64,000 nt of DNA from Promethearchaeota archaeon (GTDB lineage Archaea > Asgardarchaeota > Lokiarchaeia > Sigyniarchaeales > SOKP01), in contig JAHPZA010000009.1 in the NCBI GenBank assembly GCA_019058445.1, positions 729,023-793,022 on the forward strand, given 5' to 3'. This document shows positions 20,790 through 31,029 of this stretch, piece after piece. The notes below the pieces were generated by a model. The model was not told the origin of the DNA. It saw nothing but the letters and a program-made list of their open reading frames with translations, and searched no databases. The position numbers were made by a program, and so were the translations under genes. The number at the start of each line of letters is the position of its first letter. Position 1 is the first letter of the stretch.

Positions 20790-20990
20790 ATGGGAAAAGG
20801 AACTCCAAGTAAAGGGAAAAAAAATAAGGCTAGTAGTCATAAAACTTGTAGAAGATGTGGGAAACATTCTTTCCATCGTAGAAAGAGATTTTGTGCAAGT
20901 TGCGGATTTGGAAGGACAGCCAAACTTCGTCAACCAAGTTGGAGAAATAGATATAGACCATTTAATGGGAATAAGGGTTTCTATCGATAG
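20790..20990 (+). CDS. rpl37e: 50S ribosomal protein L37e
   Basis: MGKGTPS...CRRCG...CASCGFGR zinc ribbon. Confidence 0.97.
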   Translation: MGKGTPSKGKKNKASSHKTCRRCGKHSFHRRKRFCASCGFGRTAKLRQPSWRNRYRPFNGNKGFYR

Positions 20991-21143
20991 GATGTATTAA
21001 AATTAATTCTTCTTTATTTAGATTAAGTTAGATTTTTGTTCCATTTCGATTTTAAATAATAGTATCGCATATTTTTTTAGATTGAAATGATTATTATTTT
21101 TAAATTAAACCTCTTTTGAATAGCAATTAAGTAAGAAATTTCA

Positions 21144-21521
21144 ATGAATATCTTAAAAATTGAAAGCCTAAATAGGGAATTAAAGGAATTAGAGATACGA
21201 AGTGGGATTACGGGTTCTGTTATTGTAAGTCGTAATGGACTTTTAATTACCTCTAGATTACCGAGGGATATGGATAAGAGAACGATTGGAGCTATAGCGG
21301 CTACTATGTTCGGCGCTATAGAAATGGCTTCAACAGCATTAGGAAGTAATGAAAAAGTCTATTGCATTACTATAGAGTTAGATGATTATCAACTAATAGT
21401 CCTAAACGTGACCAATGATATTATTTTTGCTTTATTGATAGATTTAAATGTGAATTTGGGTTTAATTCTTATTGAATTAGAAGAAACACTCAAAAAAATA
21501 CGAATTATTGCTAAAAGGTAA
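21144..21521 (+). CDS. Roadblock/LC7 domain protein
   Basis: GITGSVIVSRNGLLI, IGAIAATMFG and NLGLIL motifs. Confidence 0.9.
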   Translation: MNILKIESLNRELKELEIRSGITGSVIVSRNGLLITSRLPRDMDKRTIGAIAATMFGAIEMASTALGSNEKVYCITIELDDYQLIVLNVTNDIIFALLIDLNVNLGLILIELEETLKKIRIIAKR

Positions 21522-22266
21522 TAGTATGTTAACTGAAGATCAAAGGAAAAGATACTCACGACAAATTATTTCACCATTAATTGGAGAGAAGGGACAAGAA
21601 ATAATATCTTCTCTTAGGGTTCTACAAATTGGAGCTGGAGGGCTTGGATCCCCTTGTTCTTTATATCTTATTGCCTCAGGGATTAAAGAACTTACAATAA
21701 TTGATGATGATATTGTATCCATCTCCAACCTTCAAAGACAAATACTCTATAACGAAACCCATGTGGGTAAAGTTAAGGTTGAGATGGCCAAACAAGTATT
21801 GTCTAATTTGAATTCCGAGGTTCAAATAAATGCCTATAAAGATTTTATCGACGAGAATTCAATAAAAAAATATTTAAAAAATCAAGATTTTATAATTGAT
21901 TGCAGCGACAATATGAAAACTAAGTTCTTAGTAAATAAAGTTGCTGTGGAAAACAAAATTAAAGCTGTCATTGCTGGTATTAAGGATTTTTACGGCCAAA
22001 TTATCACAGTTAATCCGCAAAAAAGTGCCTGTTATCAATGTATTTTTCCAGAGCCTGAGTCTGAGCCCTCAAAAACTGAGGGCCCTTTACCAGTTATAGG
22101 AGTTACACCCGGTATCTTAGGCACTTTAGAAGCTTTAGAAGTTATAAAAACTGCTTTAAATCTGCCCAATTTGGAGAATAATCTTTTAATGGTTAATCTT
22201 ATAGATATGAGCTTTAGTAAGATAGAAGTTCTTAAAAACGAGAATTGTATATGCTCGGGAAAATAA
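21508..22266 (+). CDS. ThiF/MoeB/UbaA-family E1-like adenylyltransferase
   Basis: RYSRQ, GAGGLG, SNLQRQ, DCSDN and CYQC motifs. Confidence 0.92.
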   Translation: MLKGNSMLTEDQRKRYSRQIISPLIGEKGQEIISSLRVLQIGAGGLGSPCSLYLIASGIKELTIIDDDIVSISNLQRQILYNETHVGKVKVEMAKQVLSNLNSEVQINAYKDFIDENSIKKYLKNQDFIIDCSDNMKTKFLVNKVAVENKIKAVIAGIKDFYGQIITVNPQKSACYQCIFPEPESEPSKTEGPLPVIGVTPGILGTLEALEVIKTALNLPNLENNLLMVNLIDMSFSKIEVLKNENCICSGK

Positions 22267-22279
22267 AATAGAAAAAAAA

Positions 22280-22810
22280 TTAGATTTTAGTATATTCTGG
22301 ATGTTTTTCAAAAAATTCTTTAAAAAATTGTCCGTTTTTTGCGTATTCCACCGTCCCTAAATTTCCCCTTCGAGGGATTTTTTTTTTAACTTCCGCAGGA
22401 ATACCCACTACCATACTATTAGGTGGTATTTCTTTATTCACTAATACTGCTCCTGCGGCAAGCAGAGAACCCTCGCCTAATATAGAATTATGTAACACTT
22501 TAGCACCCATGCCCACCAAACACCCATCACCAATAGTACATGGGCCATGAATAGTAGCAGAATGTCCAATTATACAATCTGAACCTATATCAACAATGGT
22601 TCTAACTGTTACGTGTACGACCACATTTTCTTGAATACTCGTATTTTTCCCTACCTTAATTGTGCCCCAATCACCACGCAACACTGCTCCGAACCATATA
22701 TTTGCTCCCTCTTCAATTATAACATCTCCAATGATAACCGCCGTGGGGGCAATGAACGCAGTTTCATCTATTTGGGGTTCTATATCTGTTCTTGGACTTG
22801 GTATTATCAA
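22280..22810 (-). CDS. Gamma-carbonic anhydrase family (hexapeptide repeat) protein
   Basis: IWFGAVLRGD, IQENVVVH and IGHSATIHG. Confidence 0.9.
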   Translation of the reverse strand: MIIPSPRTDIEPQIDETAFIAPTAVIIGDVIIEEGANIWFGAVLRGDWGTIKVGKNTSIQENVVVHVTVRTIVDIGSDCIIGHSATIHGPCTIGDGCLVGMGAKVLHNSILGEGSLLAAGAVLVNKEIPPNSMVVGIPAEVKKKIPRRGNLGTVEYAKNGQFFKEFFEKHPEYTKI

Positions 22811-22948
22811 CTAAATCACCTATTTTATTCTCTTGTTGTCTTAACTTCTAAAATACATTATATTTTATTATATATTTGCTAGTTCACAATTGACATTTTC
22901 CATAAATAAAGAGGGTTAAATTGTAAAAAAGGAAAATGATTTAGATAA

Positions 22949-23494
22949 TTATTTCAATAATTCGGGATGTTGTGTGAAAAAATCTTTAAATTTCTTTCCG
23001 TTTTCTAAATATAATACAGAAGTCTTAGCCCCTTCAAACTCTCCTTGATAAATTCCTTCTTTTTTAAGTGAGGCGGGTATTCCTACTGCTAAACTTCTTG
23101 GGGGAATCTCATTATTCAGCAAAACAGCACCAGCGGCAAGTACAGAGCCATCTCCTAGTTTCGAATTATGTAAGGCATTAGATCCAATCCCTACAACGCA
23201 ACCATCCCCAATAGTGCAGGGGCCATGAATCATCGCATGATGCCCCACAATACAATCATCTCCAATAGAGACAGTCGTGCCATCTTCATTATGAATAGTT
23301 ACATTTTCTTGGATACTTGTATTTTTCCCGATTTTTATTGTTCCCCAATCACCACGTAAAACTGCACCAAACCAAATATTAGCTCCTTCTTCTATTGTAA
23401 CATCACCTATTATAACAGCAGAGGGAGCAATAAAAGCAGATTGATGAATTTTTGGCTCTATTCCTGTTCTTGGACTTGGAATGATAAGTGGCAT
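22949..23494 (-). CDS. Gamma-carbonic anhydrase family protein (tandem paralog)
   Basis: Same motifs; very similar to its neighbour. Confidence 0.9.
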   Translation of the reverse strand: MPLIIPSPRTGIEPKIHQSAFIAPSAVIIGDVTIEEGANIWFGAVLRGDWGTIKIGKNTSIQENVTIHNEDGTTVSIGDDCIVGHHAMIHGPCTIGDGCVVGIGSNALHNSKLGDGSVLAAGAVLLNNEIPPRSLAVGIPASLKKEGIYQGEFEGAKTSVLYLENGKKFKDFFTQHPELLK

Positions 23495-23630
23495 ATCTTA
23501 AACCTTTTATTTGTTCTTTCTGTTAATTTTTTTATTTTTCTTAATATATTTGATATAAATTTACGTAATTTTTAAAAATTCTTTTAATATTGTAAAAATT
23601 ATTCTATTAGACGATTTAGGAAAAAGAGCT

Positions 23631-24860
23631 GTGGTAATAAAATTGACTAATATTGAATATAATAATGAACTAGTTCAAAAATATGCAAATCTCACACGAA
23701 CTATTAATGAGGAGTTTATCAATATCCATCCAATTCAGAGAGGGGGAATTTTAACCCCTGAAGCTTATAAAGCATTAGTAGCTTATGGAGATGGATATAG
23801 TTTATGTGATAATTGCCTTAAAGGGAGAATTGACAAAATTGAAAACCCTCCTGTTGTTGAGTTTTTAAAAGATATGGCTAATTTTTTAAACATTGATGAT
23901 GTATTGCTTACAGGTGCCGCTAGAGATTCCAAGAGAATTATTATGGGAGTATTAGCGAAGAAATATCCGAAGCGGAAAACTGTAGTAATTGATAGTTTAG
24001 CTCATTATACAACATATTTAGCTATTGAACATAATAACTTAAACGTAAGTGAAGTCCCAAACTCTGGAGATTCTGAGTTTAAAATAGAAGCTAGTGATTA
24101 CGAAAAAATAATTAATGAAGTTATAGATGATGATGGGGAGTTGCCATTACTAGTGGTATTAACTCACGTTGATTATAAATATGGAAATTACAATGACCCT
24201 ACGCCAATTGGAAAGATTTGTAAAAAATTTAATATCCCCTTTCTGTTAAATGCAGCATATTCTGCAGGTACACTACCCATCGATTGCAAAAATTTTCACA
24301 TTGATTTTATATCTTGTAGCGGTCATAAATCGATGGCTGCATCCGGACCAATAGGACTTTTAGGATTTAAAGAGGAATTTTATGATGATATTATGAATGC
24401 ATCACAAATTCAAGGTAATTTATCAGCAAAATCTTTTCCCAGTAAAATCTGTAATGTTATGGGGTGTCCACCTGTGTATGGAGCTCCTCTAATTACTCTT
24501 ATGGCAAGTTTTCCCACCGTGGTCAAGCGTACTCAAAAGAAATATACGGACGAGGAGGGCAAAAAAATTAACTATGTCATAGATAAGATTAAGAATATAA
24601 AGGGAGTACAAATTAAGGGTAAATTACCTAAAATTCATCCCCTCACAAATATAACTACTGAAGGATTTGCTAACGTGGCTATGACTCATCCGAGAAAAGG
24701 ATTTTTTGTAAGAGACGAGTTTAAAGAACGAGGGATTATAGGGATGCTCCCCGGTATTTCTAAAGAAATGAAATTCAGTACCTATGGTCTAACTTGGGAC
24801 CAAGTAATACACTTTACAAATGCATTTTTAGAAATCGCTAAAAAATATAATCTCATCTAA
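23631..24860 (+). CDS. pscS: O-phosphoseryl-tRNA:Cys-tRNA synthase (SepCysS)
   Basis: PIQRGGILT, GDGYSLCDNC, AHYT, SGHKS (PLP lysine), MGC and STYG motifs. Confidence 0.93.
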   Translation: MVIKLTNIEYNNELVQKYANLTRTINEEFINIHPIQRGGILTPEAYKALVAYGDGYSLCDNCLKGRIDKIENPPVVEFLKDMANFLNIDDVLLTGAARDSKRIIMGVLAKKYPKRKTVVIDSLAHYTTYLAIEHNNLNVSEVPNSGDSEFKIEASDYEKIINEVIDDDGELPLLVVLTHVDYKYGNYNDPTPIGKICKKFNIPFLLNAAYSAGTLPIDCKNFHIDFISCSGHKSMAASGPIGLLGFKEEFYDDIMNASQIQGNLSAKSFPSKICNVMGCPPVYGAPLITLMASFPTVVKRTQKKYTDEEGKKINYVIDKIKNIKGVQIKGKLPKIHPLTNITTEGFANVAMTHPRKGFFVRDEFKERGIIGMLPGISKEMKFSTYGLTWDQVIHFTNAFLEIAKKYNLI

Positions 24861-24899
24861 GTTTTTGTGTTAATAAAAAAAAGAGAAGAAAAAAACACA

Positions 24900-26192
24900 T
24901 TAATAAACTTTCTCTATAATATGTATACAGAGGGCAGCTTCTCCAGCACCTATATTTCCGCCTCCATTTTCAGCAAGAGCTATTTTAGGATTCTTAACTT
25001 GTCTTTTATCCGCTTCTCCTCGTAATTGTGTCACTAATTCATACATCTGTGCAAGACCTGATGCTCCAATAGGGTGCCCACGAGCCAAAAGACCCCCACT
25101 AGGATTAATGGGGATCTTCCCAGTAAGTTCGGTAGCTCCACTTTCTACAAAAGGACCACCTTCCCCAACCGGACAGAATCCTACTTGTTCCATGATATGA
25201 AGTTCGCCAAATGCAGTTGCATCATGAACTTCTGCCACATTTATATCATCTGGTCCAAGACCGGACATCTCAAATGCTGCCTTAGCAGCTCGTTTACAAA
25301 TAGTATTGCTTTTCCATGAACCAGATTTTAAAATGGATGCACGTACTAAAATGGCTCTCTTTTTTAGATTAGGATGATCATCCAAAAACTTCTCAGAACA
25401 AAGAATAGATGCTGCGGAACCATCTCCAATAGGGGCACACATCGCTCTTGTTAATGGATAAGCTACAACGTAATCATTCATAACCTGTTCAACAGTTTGA
25501 GGAAATGTGTATTGAGCTAAAGGATTCATTGTGGAATTATTATGGTTTTTGGCAGCAATAACAGCTATCTGCCGCTGTGTAGTTCCATATTTTTTCATAT
25601 GATTACGAGAGGCCATGGCATAAAAATCCATGAACATAGAGTGCTCTTTTTTTTTCTGCTCTTTATTATCGCCCTTTTCTTTAGCACCTTTCTTGTTTCC
25701 TTCTTGAATCTGTTTTTTTAGTTGTGCAATCATCTTTCTTGTTCTTTCTACATCTGTCCCCGAGATAAAACCTGCCATACTTCCACCTCCACCACTGCGT
25801 TTTTTGCCGCTTTTAGAGGGTCTTTGATAATACATCTTTTCGGTACCGATGGCTAGCGTACAATTGTACAATCCTGCTTTTATTGCTGTCCAGGCGCCTT
25901 GAAAAGCAGTACTCCCGCTCGCACAAGCATTTTCTACATTCGTAATTGGGATCTTATCTACTCCATTTGCACTAAGCGCCACTTGACCTCTTATACAATG
26001 TTGAAACTCAGCCATACCCCACCCTGAATTACTGAACCAAGCAGCTTCAATATCTTTTTTTTTTAATTCAACGTCCTTGAGTGCCAATTCAAGGGATTCT
26101 CCAGTCATGCTCTTGATTGTTTTATCAAAATTTTTTCCAAATTTGATCATACCGACTCCGATTATATAAACATTATCACTCATAATTTTCAC
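24900..26192 (-). CDS. SCP2-type thiolase
   Basis: ENACASG, EVHDAT and GHPIGASG motifs. Confidence 0.9.
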   Translation of the reverse strand: MKIMSDNVYIIGVGMIKFGKNFDKTIKSMTGESLELALKDVELKKKDIEAAWFSNSGWGMAEFQHCIRGQVALSANGVDKIPITNVENACASGSTAFQGAWTAIKAGLYNCTLAIGTEKMYYQRPSKSGKKRSGGGGSMAGFISGTDVERTRKMIAQLKKQIQEGNKKGAKEKGDNKEQKKKEHSMFMDFYAMASRNHMKKYGTTQRQIAVIAAKNHNNSTMNPLAQYTFPQTVEQVMNDYVVAYPLTRAMCAPIGDGSAASILCSEKFLDDHPNLKKRAILVRASILKSGSWKSNTICKRAAKAAFEMSGLGPDDINVAEVHDATAFGELHIMEQVGFCPVGEGGPFVESGATELTGKIPINPSGGLLARGHPIGASGLAQMYELVTQLRGEADKRQVKNPKIALAENGGGNIGAGEAALCIHIIEKVY

Positions 26193-26358
26193 TTCTAATT
26201 TATGTTCAATTTAATTTATTTAAGTGAATTAAAATATCTAAATATTTAGAACTTTAATTTAAATTAAATCAATGCAAATTGTTTTAAAAGAAAAAAGAAT
26301 TCTTTTTATACTAATCTTATTTTGATAATATGAGAATAGGCAACATTAAAATAAAATT

Positions 26359-27303
26359 ATGACCGTAAAAGAATTACAAAGCGAAATTATTAGTTTGAGG
26401 AAAAAAGCGGATGCCACAATTTTAGCTCATTATTATCAACCAATTGAAATTCAGGAAATCGCAGATTTTTTAGGGGATTCACTCGGATTATCGCGAATAG
26501 CAAAGGAAAAAACAAACACAGAGTATATTATATTTGCGGGAGTTGATTTTATGGCAGAAACTGCATCAATAATAAATCCAGATAAACATGTGATGCTTCC
26601 CAGTTATGAGTCATTTTGTCCAATGGCAGCGTTTCTTACCCCCGAAAAAGTGAGAGAATTTAAAAAAATTTATTCTGAATTACCTACTGTAGTTTATGTT
26701 AATTCTACTGCTGCTGTAAAAGCAGAATGTGATGTATGTTGTACCTCATCAAATGCTGTTAAGATAGTGAAAGCAATAAAGGAAGAGTATGATGTGGAAG
26801 CTGTATTATTTGGTCCAGATGCAAATTTAGCTGATTATGCCGAACAAAAATCAAATATTAAAACGATTAAAATGCCTGAAAATGGCCATTGTTATGTTCA
26901 TTCTCAAATAACTTTGGAAGACATTAAAACTGCTAGAAAAGCTCATCCAAATGCGCTACTTCTTGTACATCCAGAATGCAAAAGAGAAGTCCGAGACTTG
27001 GCAGATTTTGTAGGTTCTACAGCACAAATGTATAACTTTGCTAAGGAGAGTCCACCTGAGGAGATAAATTTTATTATAGGGACAGAGGAAGGCCTTTTAG
27101 AAAGAATGGCCCAAGATTTTCATGATAAACGCTTTTATATCGCAAAGGAAAAATTAATTTGCTATAATATGAAAAAGCACAATCTTGAACTAATTAAATA
27201 TGTACTGGAACATCCTGATGATAAAAAGCATGAGGTAAAAGTACCTTCTGAAATTGCTAAAAAAGCAGTTATTCCTATTGAGAAGATGTTAAAATATTCA
27301 TAA
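26359..27303 (+). CDS. nadA: Quinolinate synthase
   Basis: LAHYYQ, GDSL, FMAE, CPMA, YVNS, CYVH, HPEC and C.NMK motifs. Confidence 0.96.
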   Translation: MTVKELQSEIISLRKKADATILAHYYQPIEIQEIADFLGDSLGLSRIAKEKTNTEYIIFAGVDFMAETASIINPDKHVMLPSYESFCPMAAFLTPEKVREFKKIYSELPTVVYVNSTAAVKAECDVCCTSSNAVKIVKAIKEEYDVEAVLFGPDANLADYAEQKSNIKTIKMPENGHCYVHSQITLEDIKTARKAHPNALLLVHPECKREVRDLADFVGSTAQMYNFAKESPPEEINFIIGTEEGLLERMAQDFHDKRFYIAKEKLICYNMKKHNLELIKYVLEHPDDKKHEVKVPSEIAKKAVIPIEKMLKYS

Positions 27304-27438
27304 AAAGTTCGTTATTCTAAGTTGGTTTTTATCATCCAAGAATTTTAAAAAAGGATTTGTGAGTCTCCCCCCCTATTTATAACCAGTTATTTAAATCTTA
27401 ATTTATTAAATTTTCTCTTTTTAGTTAAAAAATCTTTT

Positions 27439-28638
27439 TTATGTTCTAGATTCACTTTCTAAGATAGTCACAATGTTAAAACTTTCTCGAATTTTATTTC
27501 CATCCAATATATTTTGTTTAAGTCTTTTACCTTCTACAGATTTCAACAATTCTTTAGATTGAGAAATAAATTCTAAAAATTTCTTCCTATCAGTTTCTAA
27601 TAATCCCATATCAATCGCATTTTTTATTATAAGGTTTAGAATTAATAATTCAAATTGTTTTTGAATGGCATCCCAAATTAACCCCATTTCTCTTAATTGA
27701 ATTGAGATTTCTCTTGCCATTTTATCTAAATTAGATAATTCTGTATAATATCCGGACTCAAAATGGATAATTTCATCGATTAACCGGTCTTTTATCAGGC
27801 GCAATGTTGTAGTTCCTACTAAATCATCTTCATGGAAAAAAAAGTCGTCATTCTCTCGCTTAATTAGATAAAATCCAAGTTCATGTGTAATTAATTTAAG
27901 GCGGGCTAAATAATTTATCGCTTCAGGTGCTACATTATATATTTCACAAAACTGATCTAAGTTAAGTTTGTAACCAGAGAATTTTTGCATATCGCTAGTT
28001 TCATCCTCTTCATTCACACGCCAATATCTTCTTGCAAAGGCACCTTGACCTAGAATTGAGTTATAAAATACATAAAAAAGGGAAAGATAAAGATCTCGAT
28101 CCTGTTGAATTTCGAAGAAATTATCCCCTATCTTAGAAACAATTTTAACAATATGAAATATAAATGAATCAACAACTCCAATTTCTTTATAAAAAGTAAT
28201 TAAATTATCAAGTTTCTTGACGTTACGTTTGAGCTCATTTATCATAAATAGCTCTTCTTTTAATTTTAAAGGCTCTTCACCTAGTTTTTCGATCCCCTTT
28301 TCGGTAATAACGTATCCTTGATATTGTTTATTAGTTAATTTATCCGTAATGAGTCTCTGTTCAATATTGTTGTTTTCTCTATGCGAATTTAAATATTTTG
28401 AGACAGTTGATCTACTTAAATTTGAATATTTGACTAAACTTGTAAATCTTTGCGGACCTAAATTTCTTAGAATAAATAGTAACCTCCTACTATTATCGTC
28501 AATGGAACGCGCCTTTCTTAGCATTTCACCCTTTAATTTCTTTGAAATATTCCAGCTTTCCATATCTATCATATAATATTCAAAATATTTAAAGTTGGAC
28601 CAAATTTCCAAACTTGGACTAAATTTTTTGAAAAACAC
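27439..28638 (-). CDS. Winged-helix DNA-binding protein (start uncertain)
   Basis: RFTSLVKYSNLSRSTVSKYL helix-turn-helix and YVITEKG wing. Confidence 0.75.
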   Translation of the reverse strand: MFFKKFSPSLEIWSNFKYFEYYMIDMESWNISKKLKGEMLRKARSIDDNSRRLLFILRNLGPQRFTSLVKYSNLSRSTVSKYLNSHRENNNIEQRLITDKLTNKQYQGYVITEKGIEKLGEEPLKLKEELFMINELKRNVKKLDNLITFYKEIGVVDSFIFHIVKIVSKIGDNFFEIQQDRDLYLSLFYVFYNSILGQGAFARRYWRVNEEDETSDMQKFSGYKLNLDQFCEIYNVAPEAINYLARLKLITHELGFYLIKRENDDFFFHEDDLVGTTTLRLIKDRLIDEIIHFESGYYTELSNLDKMAREISIQLREMGLIWDAIQKQFELLILNLIIKNAIDMGLLETDRKKFLEFISQSKELLKSVEGKRLKQNILDGNKIRESFNIVTILESESRT

Positions 28639-28772
28639 TTAATGTTAAAATTCAGTATATTTAATTATACTCTATAATCATACCCTAAAATCAATATAAT
28701 TTCATAAAAGAAAGCATTTCATGGTAGTATGAAATCAATTAAATAGTAAAGAAAACTAAGATCCATAGAAAA

Positions 28773-28961
28773 ATGTCAATAGAAAACCCGAATTTATTGG
28801 AAAGAATAAAAAAAATTGAACAAAGATTAGATGCAATCGAGGATCGAATTTTATCATTAGAAACTTTTCTAAATCGCCGTCCATTAAGACCAGGACCTCC
28901 TATGCCTCCTGGACCGACACCTCCTGGGCCTCCAAAACCACCTGAACCATTTCGATTCTGA
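28773..28961 (+). CDS. Small coiled-coil + polyproline protein
   Basis: Heptads LLERIKKIEQRLDAIEDRILSLE, then PGPPMPPGPTPPGPPKPP. Confidence 0.7.
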   Translation: MSIENPNLLERIKKIEQRLDAIEDRILSLETFLNRRPLRPGPPMPPGPTPPGPPKPPEPFRF

Positions 28962-29117
28962 ATTTCTAATTAAAGCGATAGTACATGGAAAAATTTAATA
29001 ATTGCTAGAGAATTAAACTAAAGTATATTTTTTTAGACAAAAATACTTAATTATCTCTTCATCTTATTTCAGACTAAAAACATTTTTTAGAAAAAAATAA
29101 AAAAGGTGTGATGCAAA

Positions 29118-29372
29118 ATTACGCAATATAGATTCAGGCTTACTGGTGTGCCCCCAGATCAAGCTATTAAGTTAATCGAAGTAGACCCTAACCAAGGGAT
29201 TGCTGAAATTAAAAAGTCAGTACAAAGAGAATATAAATTAAATCCAATTTTAGCAATTCAATTTATCTTCAAGGGTAAAGTTTTACCTGATGATTTGAAG
29301 TTTTCTAAGATTGGTATACATCCAAAGAAGGATGTTATAACAGTAATGGCTACTCAAGCTGGTGGCATCTAA
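29118..29372 (+). CDS. Ubiquitin-like (beta-grasp) protein ending GG-I; start probably upstream of the annotated GTG 29148
   Basis: IAEIKK helix, FIFKGKVL.D motif, C-terminal AGGI; frame stays open upstream (ITQYRFRLTG) to TGA at 29109. Confidence 0.8.
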   Translation: MTQYRFRLTGVPPDQAIKLIEVDPNQGIAEIKKSVQREYKLNPILAIQFIFKGKVLPDDLKFSKIGIHPKKDVITVMATQAGGI

Positions 29373-29464
29373 AAGATTAACTTTAATAATTATTTACTAT
29401 TTTTTTATTTTTGTACTATTGTTAAGTACAATAAAACTGTATATAATCACCTTGAGGAAGATAA

Positions 29465-30745
29465 ATGATTACGCTTTATGATTCGCTACAAGATATTTTC
29501 AAGAATGTAACGTTGAAATTTTGCGATTCTCCAGGTAGAGATATCTTTGAATCAAATGAAATGAAAAGGCTCAGTAATCTCCTCCCTGAATGGGGCAGCA
29601 TAATTTATGAGGGGCTAAATCATGATGAAGTTGAAACTTATAGAACTATACGACATATTTTTCGCTCTTTATGGAGTTATTATGCGATAATGAATGAAAA
29701 GTTCGAATCGAATGTTAAAAAGGAAAATATTAAATCGCTCCAGAAGGATTTAGAGAAAATTTTTGAATATCAGTCAGATTTTCTTCCATTGTTACTTCTA
29801 TATCATGATATTGGTCGACCATTTAATAGAGAGTGGCATACTTTTGAATCTGCTAAAATAGTTCACCAAAAAAAGTTGTTTCATCGTTTTCATTTAACTC
29901 CAATTCAAAGGATTATTCTTACTGGGGTGATTAGACATCATTTACTCCCAGGAACAGTATTTACAGGAGAATCAAGTTATTTTGGAGCGATTTCTCTTTA
30001 TAATGATGAGAGTTTACAAGATATTTGGTCATCATATGAAAATATTGATATTTTATTCCATACCTTAATGGTTTTCACGATTATAGACATTTGGGGATAT
30101 GATTATTCAAAAATTTATGACCATTATTTTTCGCATTACCTTGAGATTCGTAATAACCTAATACGTGTATTTACAAATCTTAAATCCATAGAAAAGAAAG
30201 ATCATCATATATATCTGTATCAAGAATTCTCTAAAATTGACAAACTTAATCTAAAGTGGCGTATAGCTTGTGCATTAAGGATTTTCCAATTTGTTAATAC
30301 TCAATCATATTTGACAGAAAAGTTTTATTTTGCCAAAATTGATGAGGGATTAAATGATAAAAATCAAACCTGGAAAGATTTTTCGAGTTATTTAGGAAAT
30401 GAACACAGTTTAATTCAATTTAAGTATGCACTTCCTCTCATGATGGTTCTCGCATCAGGTAATTTTGTGCGAAAGCCATTTGATATAGAGGAAAAAATAC
30501 ACTCTAAAATTTTTGATTTTTGGCAAACATGTACAAATATTGTAAGATCTTCAAGTAAAAATCCAACATTAAGTTCTTCTAATCATCCAATATTATGGAA
30601 CTTTATATTCAACTTACCTCGTGGTTGGTTTTATCAATCAAAACAAGTCAAATACGTACTAAGCGATAATTTCCTAATGAATATTAGAAAAAGTTCCATT
30701 GAATTTAGTTCTAAAATGGATAGTTTCTTAGTAGATATTAAATAA
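29465..30745 (+). CDS. HD-domain-like protein
   Basis: RH...LYHDIGR...H...IRHH...D residue pattern. Confidence 0.65.
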   Translation: MITLYDSLQDIFKNVTLKFCDSPGRDIFESNEMKRLSNLLPEWGSIIYEGLNHDEVETYRTIRHIFRSLWSYYAIMNEKFESNVKKENIKSLQKDLEKIFEYQSDFLPLLLLYHDIGRPFNREWHTFESAKIVHQKKLFHRFHLTPIQRIILTGVIRHHLLPGTVFTGESSYFGAISLYNDESLQDIWSSYENIDILFHTLMVFTIIDIWGYDYSKIYDHYFSHYLEIRNNLIRVFTNLKSIEKKDHHIYLYQEFSKIDKLNLKWRIACALRIFQFVNTQSYLTEKFYFAKIDEGLNDKNQTWKDFSSYLGNEHSLIQFKYALPLMMVLASGNFVRKPFDIEEKIHSKIFDFWQTCTNIVRSSSKNPTLSSSNHPILWNFIFNLPRGWFYQSKQVKYVLSDNFLMNIRKSSIEFSSKMDSFLVDIK

Positions 30746-31029
30746 ATAAGCGATTTTCACTCAAATTGATTATTTAGAGTAAAATAATTTCTAAAGTTCT
30801 ATAGTTGTAAATTGAAATCCAAATTGTTGGAAATAGATGTAAGAAAGAATTCATTATTAAATCTAATTTAAATTTTCTGAACTAAATTCATTTCAAATGA
30901 CTCTTCTCAGAACTACAGCAGCATAATTTAACTCAAGGTAAAATTTATAAATCATATCGATGAATATATTTTCATTAACAATCTAAATTTAATTTATTTG
31001 TAACATAGAAATCTTTTGTTGATTTTAAA

